Positions 57,953 through 64,000 of a DNA stretch of 64,000 nucleotides are shown piece by piece (position 1 is the stretch's first letter; the number at the start of each line of letters is the position of its first letter). This DNA comes from an uncultured Erysipelotrichaceae bacterium (lineage in GTDB: Bacteria > Bacillota_I > Bacilli_A > RFN20 > CAG-826): NCBI GenBank assembly GCA_902777015.1, contig CACYSA010000003.1:77471-141470 (forward strand), in the 5' to 3' direction. Made by a program: the position numbers and the translations under genes. The notes under the pieces are model-generated. The model made no database searches. It was not told the DNA's origin and saw only the letters and a program-made list of their open reading frames with translations.

Positions 57953-59401
57953 TTATTTAGCCTCCTTGATTAAATGATCAATGATATAACTACCATCTTC
58001 ATTAAGAGGGATTTCCATTGGTGAAACACCATAATGTTTTGCTAGAAGCAAAAGAATCTTAGGTTGACAGAAGCCACCTTGGCATTTACCAAATCCCGCT
58101 CTTGTTCTTCTTTTCACACCTTTAATAGAAACTGGAGGACAGCTTCTAGAAAGCGCTTCATTTATTTCTCCTAAGGAGATATGTTCACAGTTACAAATAA
58201 TTTCGCCAAATTCTGGATTATTTTTAATTGTTTTGATTTGTTCTTCTTCTGATAAATAATGCATACGATGATATGGTTTAACGCATGGATTAAAGGATGG
58301 ATTATCTTTTAATTCCATGATTGGTTTAATTAATTCATCGACTACATATTGAGCAATCGCTGGAGAAGAAACAAAGCCAGGAGATTCAATACCCGCAACA
58401 TTGATAAAGTTTCTTTCACTCTTTGCTGGTTCAATGATGAAATCATGACGAGTACATGTCGCTCTTAAACCAGAGAAGACTCTAATTGTTTCTCTAAATG
58501 GAATAGAAGGCACCATCATTGAGGCGGATTGCTTAATATTGGCTAATGTTGGAGCGTCAGTAGCTAAATCATCTGGATCTGCTAATTCACTACTTGGACC
58601 AACAATATAATTACCTGAAGAGGTAATGGAAACTAAAATGCCTTTACCTTTCTTACTTGGTAACGGGAATATTGTGCTATTAACAAGACCTTCTTTATAG
58701 TGATCTAATAAATAATACTCACCTTTTCTTGGAGTAATTGCCCAATCGATTTCTTCAATCATCGCGGCAATCTTATCAGCCTTAACACCCGCAGCGTTAA
58801 TAACGATACGAGAATATAAATCTTCTTTGTTTGTTTTGACTACAAAGTAGTCATTTTCTTTCTTAATATCTAATACTTCGTGATTTCTTAAGAAATTTAC
58901 ACCATTATCAATGGCATTTTCCATGGCGTGAACCACTAAATTAAATGGATCAATAACACCGGCTGTTGGAGCAAATAATGCACCTTTAACTTCTGGGTTG
59001 ATGTTTGGTTCTTTTTCTAAGACTTGTTCTCTATTTAATAGTTCAACTGGAACACCATTAATCTTAGAGCGTTCAGCGAGCATCTTAAGAGTCTCGAGTT
59101 GTTCTTCTTCTAAAGCCACGGTTAAAGAACCGCATGGAACATATGGAACATCTAATTGTTTCACGAGTTCTGGATACATCTTATTTCCTAAGACGTTAAA
59201 TTTAGCTTTATTTGTGCCAGGTTCTGGGTCATAACCACTATGGATAATCGCACTATTAGCGGAACTGGTCATATTGCCAGCATCATTAGATTTATCAATA
59301 ATGATAGTATCTATCTGATATTTACTTAATTCTCTTGCAATCATTGTGCCAGTGACACCAGCGCCAATGATTAAAACATCATGTATTTGTTTCATAATCA
59401 T
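57953..59401 (-). CDS. FAD-dependent glycerol-3-phosphate-dehydrogenase/oxidase-like enzyme with a C-terminal BFD-like [2Fe-2S] domain
   Basis: VLIIGAGVTGTMIA (DAO family) and C-terminal CNCEHISLGEI...GKCQGGFC. Confidence 0.8.
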   Translation of the reverse strand: MIMKQIHDVLIIGAGVTGTMIARELSKYQIDTIIIDKSNDAGNMTSSANSAIIHSGYDPEPGTNKAKFNVLGNKMYPELVKQLDVPYVPCGSLTVALEEEQLETLKMLAERSKINGVPVELLNREQVLEKEPNINPEVKGALFAPTAGVIDPFNLVVHAMENAIDNGVNFLRNHEVLDIKKENDYFVVKTNKEDLYSRIVINAAGVKADKIAAMIEEIDWAITPRKGEYYLLDHYKEGLVNSTIFPLPSKKGKGILVSITSSGNYIVGPSSELADPDDLATDAPTLANIKQSASMMVPSIPFRETIRVFSGLRATCTRHDFIIEPAKSERNFINVAGIESPGFVSSPAIAQYVVDELIKPIMELKDNPSFNPCVKPYHRMHYLSEEEQIKTIKNNPEFGEIICNCEHISLGEINEALSRSCPPVSIKGVKRRTRAGFGKCQGGFCQPKILLLLAKHYGVSPMEIPLNEDGSYIIDHLIKEAK

Positions 59402-59461
59402 CTATATCTTTCTATCATATTCATTATATGAATAAAGTTATCTAAATTCAATGATTGCATT

Positions 59462-59488
59462 AAAAAAGACCTCCCTTATGAGAGGTCT
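59462..59488 (-). terminator. Terminator after the 59503-60978 lipoprotein gene
   Basis: Minus-strand AGACCUC-loop-GAGGUCU followed by UUUUUUAAUG. Confidence 0.75.
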
Positions 59489-59502
59489 TAGTTTGTAATG
59501 AA

Positions 59503-60978
59503 TTATTTAGCAGCCTTTGGTACTAATCTGAAGTAGTCAATTGTGGTAATTGTTTCACCGAGGTTCTTAACTGTCATGGTGTTAGCGCCGACATTAAGGT
59601 TGACTTCACCGATTTTATGTAAGGCGAAGGCACCTGGAGCGATTTCACCAGAGAGTTGGACTGCAGTATTATTAATTTTGATTTCCATCATTTCTGCTGG
59701 TTTATCAGTTGTTTCTGATTGATAACCGCCAGAGGCTCTACCATATAAATAGAGTTCGAAGGCACCAGCTTTAGTAGCTGTGAAATTAAGTGTTAAGACT
59801 GCACCTTGTGGCCAAGCGTCAACAATTTCAGTATCAGTGTTATATGATGTTCTGAAGGTAATACCTTCACCAGTTCCACTTTCGACTTGAACGATGAGTT
59901 CGCCGTCCACTAATTTTTCAGTAATATTAACTGTGACTTTACCAGTTAACATGCCATCTTTTCTTGCGGTAATTGTGGCGCTACCTTTAGCGACACCAGT
60001 GACTAAACCAGTTTCGTTAACTGTGGCAATTGATTCATTAGAAGATGCCCAAGTAACACCTTGAGTATTACATGTTAATTGTAATGTGGATTCAGCTTCA
60101 AATGTTAAGTCTGTTTCAGGATTTGTAATAACAATCTTTTCTTTTTCTGGAGCTGGAACAATAGCAATTGTTGCGGCGCTTTCAGCATAAATTTCTAAAT
60201 CATCTAAATAAGGAACATTACCTTTCATTGTGATTTCTAAAACGTTATTACCAGCGATTAAATTAACGTTACCAAATGAGATGCCTTGGAAGGTGTAACC
60301 ACCTTGACCATCAGTATCTGATTCATAAGCGGCTTTTGATAAATCAAGAGCAGCATTATTGAATTTCGCGTCAAACGCATCGCTTAATGGGCTAAATGAA
60401 CTATTGTGACCCATTGTGACAACGAGTTCGGCTTTAACAGCTTTATCGGAGGTGAATGTTAATGTTTCTTTGTCACCTTCGCCGAAATAACCGATACATG
60501 TACCATCGGAAGCTGATGACTTTTCGTAAATAGGTGTTTCACCTGGTCCACGATTGCTATTAATCCATTCGCCATCCGCTGAATAGTGATCAGCTTGTTC
60601 GAAATGTAATGTCGCTGTAGCGGCTGGTCTTTTAACAGTGATTGTAATTGCACCGTTTTGATATCCTTCTTTTTTAGCGGTAACTTTCACTTCACCGATA
60701 CCTTTAGATTCCACTAAACCACTTGTGGAAACTGTAGCGATATTTGCATCAGCACTTGCCCATTCGACACCTTCGATGTCGCTCTTTAGTTGCACGGATT
60801 CACCGAGCACTAATGTTGTTTTGTTGTTTTCAGCGGTCACTGCAATCTTTGGTTGAGCAGGGATGCTGGATTTTGGTTGTGATTGTTCACCTGATGTTGG
60901 CTTTGGACCATTACATGCGGCTAGACCCAATGTTAATGTCAAAGCTAAAAATGGTAGAAAAATCCTTGTTTTCTTCAT
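59503..60978 (-). CDS. Surface lipoprotein with two Big_2 (Ig-like) domains alternating with two CBM-like beta-sandwich modules (paralog A)
   Basis: Start at the ATG at 60978 (MKKTRIF...), lipobox GLAACN. Big_2 pattern LQL...EGV.WASSD..IATV...G.V...G.GE..ITA. CBM-like blocks HFEQADHYSADG...GDKETLTF...PYLDDLEIY. Confidence 0.75.
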   Translation of the reverse strand: MKKTRIFLPFLALTLTLGLAACNGPKPTSGEQSQPKSSIPAQPKIAVTAENNKTTLVLGESVQLKSDIEGVEWASADANIATVSTSGLVESKGIGEVKVTAKKEGYQNGAITITVKRPAATATLHFEQADHYSADGEWINSNRGPGETPIYEKSSASDGTCIGYFGEGDKETLTFTSDKAVKAELVVTMGHNSSFSPLSDAFDAKFNNAALDLSKAAYESDTDGQGGYTFQGISFGNVNLIAGNNVLEITMKGNVPYLDDLEIYAESAATIAIVPAPEKEKIVITNPETDLTFEAESTLQLTCNTQGVTWASSNESIATVNETGLVTGVAKGSATITARKDGMLTGKVTVNITEKLVDGELIVQVESGTGEGITFRTSYNTDTEIVDAWPQGAVLTLNFTATKAGAFELYLYGRASGGYQSETTDKPAEMMEIKINNTAVQLSGEIAPGAFALHKIGEVNLNVGANTMTVKNLGETITTIDYFRLVPKAAK

Positions 60979-61120
60979 TTTTAAAATTCCTTTCTCTTTC
61001 ATTAAAAATGATTTAGATTTGTCAAAAAACTTCGCTTGAATGTATTATCTAACAAATCCTTTAGTTATTTTTATTATATATAACAATCATTGTTGTTGAC
61101 TAGAAAAAACGATTAACACA

Positions 61121-61168
61121 CAAAAAAGGGGCTGTTAAGAAACCTACAAGGTGATTTAGCCCTTTTTT
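61121..61168. terminator. Terminator-like hairpin module with A- and T-runs on both sides, carrying the left copy of an 18-nt inverted repeat
   Basis: aaaaaaGGGGCTgttaagaaacctacaaggtgatttAGCCCtttttt. Confidence 0.55.
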
Positions 61169-61188
61169 CTTATGACCAATTCTACTTT

Positions 61189-61212
61189 TTAACAGATAAA
61201 CTGTTAAGAAAC
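61189..61212. repeat. 24-nt palindrome-containing direct repeat, copy 1
   Basis: TTAACAGATAAACTGTTAAGAAAC, identical to 61277-61300. It contains the internal 7-5-7 palindrome TTAACAG/CTGTTAA. Confidence 0.95.
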
Positions 61213-61276
61213 AAATAAAATCACCTATTATTTATACTTTAGTATAAGTTTTAATTAAACATTTGTCTTATCACAC

Positions 61277-61300
61277 TTAACAGATAAACTGTTAAGAAAC
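61277..61300. repeat. 24-nt palindrome-containing direct repeat, copy 2
   Basis: TTAACAGATAAACTGTTAAGAAAC, 88 bp downstream of copy 1. Confidence 0.95.
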
Positions 61301-61375
61301 CATAAATTACAATTCCTACTAAAAGCAACGGAAGGAAAAATAATAAAATGATAAAAAGTAATTAAAATGAGTTAA

Positions 61376-61423
61376 AAAAATAAAAAAAGAGCTGTTTTAC
61401 TTCGCAGGTTTCTTAACAGCCCC
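61376..61423 (-). terminator. Terminator after the 61443-62957 lipoprotein gene, carrying the right copy of the 18-nt inverted repeat
   Basis: Minus-strand GGGCUGUU-18 nt-AACAGCUC followed by UUUUUUUAUUUUUUU. 61406-61423 is the exact reverse complement of 61128-61145. Confidence 0.8.
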
Positions 61424-61442
61424 TATTTTTGATAATTAAATA

Positions 61443-62957
61443 TTAGTTATCGCTAGCAGGAATGAATCTGAATGCGTCTAAAGCTGGCGCTCTTTCCGCA
61501 AATTCGATCACGAATGTATTTGTGCCTTGTTTAACTTGAACGATACCAATTGAGACTTCCACTGTTGGAGCACCCATCACTTGGTTAGATTCAATTTTAG
61601 CACCATCTTTGCAAGTGATTGTTTTGCTGTTGAGTTTGAGGGTGCAGTCAACACCGAAGACAAAGTCTTCCGCCATTTGATAGTGAGAAGCACCAGCAAT
61701 GATCAATTCCATATATTGATCTTTTGTTGATTCAAATGTGTAAGAGAGTGAACATTCACTATTAACATCATAACCGGTAATATAAGCACCACCGTAGTGA
61801 CCATTTTGAATACCTGTAGTTCTATCAGTGTATTGATGGAATCCTTCTGGAATTTCAGCGGCATCTTCAGCTTGCACTCTGATTTCGCCTTCAACACCAG
61901 CTTTATCAACGACGACTTCTAATCTTGCAGAATACCAGCCATCTTTCTTAACGGTAATATTAGCGGTACCTAATTTATGACCAGTAACTTTACCTTGTTC
62001 ATTAACACTAGCGACATCTACTTTATCGGAGACAAAGCTCACACCTTCTAAGGAAGTTGGTTTACTAATTTGGATTTGACTTTCTGTATCAATATAAGCA
62101 GCGATAGATGTAGCGGCTAATTGAATTTGTTCTTTTGCTGGAGCAGCTTTAACTTGGATGGTTGCTTGTTGCTTTGAATAGAAAGCTAAATCATCTAAGT
62201 ATGGACCAGAGGCTAAAAATTCGATTAATAAGACGTTATCGCCAGATTTAAGGTTTTGTGTACCGAGTGAATATTCGCCAAATTCACTACTAGAACCGCC
62301 TTCAAAACCACCGGCTAATGTGATAGCGGCGTCATTGAGTTTAATACTCATCACCGCACTCATATCTTCAATCGCACTACTGGAAGCCATTGTGAGCACT
62401 AATTCCGCGTTAATTGCAGCGCTACTATTGAATGTTAATGTTTCTTTATCACCAGCATCGAAGTGAGCAATACATTTTGCATCGGATGCATTGCTATCAG
62501 CTCTATCATAGACTGGTTGATAACCATCTTCGGCTGAACCCCACCAGCCATCAGCGGCATAGTGATCAGCATCTTCCATATGTAATGTCGCTAAGGCTTG
62601 GCCTCTATTAACTGTTAAAGTAATAGAACCTTTGTAATAGCCTTCTTTACTGGCGGTGATAGCGACTTCACCAGCACCAACAGCGGTCACTTTACCTGTT
62701 TGGTCGACTGTCGCCACTTTAGCGTCGCTAGATGCCCATGTAACACCTTCGACTGAGGCAGTAAGTTGCAATGTTTCTTCGATTGCAATTGTCTTTTTGT
62801 CACCCGCTGCAGTGACTTTAATGGTTTCCTTTGCAGGAACGCTTGCTTGAGAACCTGGTTGGGAAGCAGATTGTTGGCCTTCTGCTGGTTTACACGCTGC
62901 TAAACCAAAACACAATGATAAGGCCATCATTGGGAGAAGAATGTTTCTTTTCTTCAT
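61443..62957 (-). CDS. Surface lipoprotein with Big_2 and CBM-like modules (paralog B)
   Basis: Start at the ATG at 62957 (MKKRNILL...), lipobox GLAACK. Same module order as paralog A, with shared blocks GDKETLTF, ATLH.E.ADHY.ADG and PYLDDL. Confidence 0.75.
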   Translation of the reverse strand: MKKRNILLPMMALSLCFGLAACKPAEGQQSASQPGSQASVPAKETIKVTAAGDKKTIAIEETLQLTASVEGVTWASSDAKVATVDQTGKVTAVGAGEVAITASKEGYYKGSITLTVNRGQALATLHMEDADHYAADGWWGSAEDGYQPVYDRADSNASDAKCIAHFDAGDKETLTFNSSAAINAELVLTMASSSAIEDMSAVMSIKLNDAAITLAGGFEGGSSSEFGEYSLGTQNLKSGDNVLLIEFLASGPYLDDLAFYSKQQATIQVKAAPAKEQIQLAATSIAAYIDTESQIQISKPTSLEGVSFVSDKVDVASVNEQGKVTGHKLGTANITVKKDGWYSARLEVVVDKAGVEGEIRVQAEDAAEIPEGFHQYTDRTTGIQNGHYGGAYITGYDVNSECSLSYTFESTKDQYMELIIAGASHYQMAEDFVFGVDCTLKLNSKTITCKDGAKIESNQVMGAPTVEVSIGIVQVKQGTNTFVIEFAERAPALDAFRFIPASDN

Positions 62958-63116
62958 TGTAAAAAATCCTTTCTGTAAAAAAGTATTTGAATCACTCAAT
63001 AAAAAATCACACATCGGTATTTAATTATTGAGCAACTTTTTTGTTAATTTAAGTATATATCCATATTTATTAAAATTTAATAATATATTCAACTCTTTTG
63101 ACGATGTTGATAATGG

Positions 63117-63145
63117 CAAAAGAAAAGACCATCTTATAGATGGTC
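63117..63145 (-). terminator. Rho-independent terminator after pnp
   Basis: Minus-strand GACCAUCU-AUA-AGAUGGUC followed by UUUUCUUUUG. Confidence 0.85.
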
Positions 63146-63166
63146 AATTCTAATAACTATTTTAGT

Positions 63167-64000
63167 TTATTTTTTGAATTTCTTTGGGCCTTTGAAGGAC
63201 TTGTCTGGACGATGAATGTGTTCAGGACGTGAGGCTTTATCTTGGGCTTCGTCATAGTTTTCTGGCTTTTCAGCAAATTCTTTATGAGAAACTTTGACTT
63301 TGCCTTTATCATCGATTTCAATGACTCTCACTTTGAGGATGTCACCGACTTTAACGACGTCTTGAGCCTTATCGATATAGCCATAGCCTAATTGGCTGAC
63401 ATGGCATAAACCATCGACATTACCGAATAAGTGGACAAATGCACCATAGTCTTCAACACGGTTAACTTCACCTTCGAAGACTTCACCAACTTTAGCTTCT
63501 CTAACGATGTCTAAGATCATTTGTTTAGCTTTGTTGATGGTGTCTCTATTCATATGGTAGATAGTGACTTGACCATTATCCTCGATATCAATCTTAACTT
63601 CATCACATTGAGCGATGATTTCGTTAATGACTTTACCACCTGTACCGATAACTTCTCTGATTCTGTCTGGATCAATGAAGAATGTATCCATCTTAGGAGC
63701 GTATTTACCGACATCTGGTCTTGGTTCCGCGATGGCTTTAGCCATTACTTCACGGATTTGCGCTCTGGCACCATGGGCTTGAGCTAAGGCTTCTTTTAAG
63801 ACTTCTCTTGTGACACCTTTAATCTTGATATCCATTTGTAAAGCGGTAATACCTTTTTCAGTACCAGCCACTTTGAAGTCCATATCACCGAAGTGATCTT
63901 CTAAACCTTGAATATCGGTGAGGATTGTATATGGGTGTTTGCCATCTAATGGACCACTACTGATTAAGCCCATTGCAATACCACTAACCATGGCTTTGAT
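63167..64000 (-). CDS. pnp: Polyribonucleotide nucleotidyltransferase (PNPase). C-terminal part only; the 5' end lies beyond the window.
   Basis: TDIQGLEDHFGDMDFKVAGT, a KH domain (IGTGGKVI) and an S1 domain (GEVFEGEVNRVEDYGAFV). The reading frame stays open to position 64000. Confidence 0.96.
   Translation of the reverse strand: MKAMVSGIAMGLISSGPLDGKHPYTILTDIQGLEDHFGDMDFKVAGTEKGITALQMDIKIKGVTREVLKEALAQAHGARAQIREVMAKAIAEPRPDVGKYAPKMDTFFIDPDRIREVIGTGGKVINEIIAQCDEVKIDIEDNGQVTIYHMNRDTINKAKQMILDIVREAKVGEVFEGEVNRVEDYGAFVHLFGNVDGLCHVSQLGYGYIDKAQDVVKVGDILKVRVIEIDDKGKVKVSHKEFAEKPENYDEAQDKASRPEHIHRPDKSFKGPKKFKK

Noticed and set aside
61189-61300. Considered whether the two 24-nt direct repeats form a CRISPR array.
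   Set aside because: There are only two copies, with one 64-nt spacer. No cas genes are in the window, and the same 12-mer also occurs in inverted terminator modules. This is not a CRISPR architecture.
59503-62957. Considered a diversity-generating retroelement or cassette-type variation acting on the paralogous lipoproteins.
   Set aside because: There is no reverse transcriptase gene and no template/variable repeat pair with adenine-specific mismatches. The paralogs are diverged throughout rather than in one hypervariable patch.
1-64000. Searched for prophage, IS or integrative-element boundaries, tRNA or rRNA genes, and alternative genetic-code usage.
   Set aside because: No integrase, transposase, recombinase, capsid or terminase-like ORFs were found, and no cloverleaf-like tRNA or rRNA sequences. 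TGA terminates genuine genes (e.g. trmK) and Trp is encoded by TGG, so the standard code applies.

Overview
This is a 64-kb, low-GC bacterial chromosome segment that is almost gene-saturated, with most genes on the minus strand. It uses the standard genetic code: TGA acts as a stop (e.g. trmK, 311-313) and long ORFs stay intact, so it is not a UGA=Trp Mycoplasma or Spiroplasma. The backbone is a compacted Bacillus-type gene order: yqfO-trmK-sigA-dnaG / glyQS-recO-era-cdd-ybeY / dnaJ-dnaK-grpE-hrcA with CIRCE / hemW / lepA / rpsT, holA-comEC-comEA / greA-yrzB-ruvX-alaS with a T-box / mnmA-dtd-pdp / ftsK-rnj / pnp. At least seven proteins carry lipobox signal peptides. Together these point to an Acholeplasma-like Mollicute or a related reduced Firmicute, but that is inference only. 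I saw no rRNA, tRNA, CRISPR array, transposase, integrase or phage genes. Breaks in the conserved order mark the accessory insertions: a C39-peptidase/TM protein plus a 1072-aa mosaic surface lipoprotein (8.1-12.7 kb); a four-gene island with an orphan STAS protein and an HD protein (17.6-20.1 kb); a degenerate Fic-like protein (21.6-23.1 kb); a PD-(D/E)XK nuclease-XPD/DinG helicase fusion with two small membrane proteins (25.0-28.3 kb); a stand-alone adenylation-carrier didomain (29.7-31.7 kb); a very basic 134-aa protein with a convergent candidate sRNA (33.0-33.6 kb); a lipoprotein with a MACPF-like motif (45.7-47.2 kb); and two tandem paralogous Big_2/CBM-like lipoproteins separated by a highly structured repeat-bearing spacer (59.5-63.0 kb). 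The strongest directly visible anomalies are a doubly lesioned dnaG (a frameshift plus a perfect 30-bp tandem duplication) and the 61.1-61.4 kb repeat architecture. No complete, clearly novel multi-gene system can be demonstrated from sequence alone, so the candidates are listed with explicit tests.
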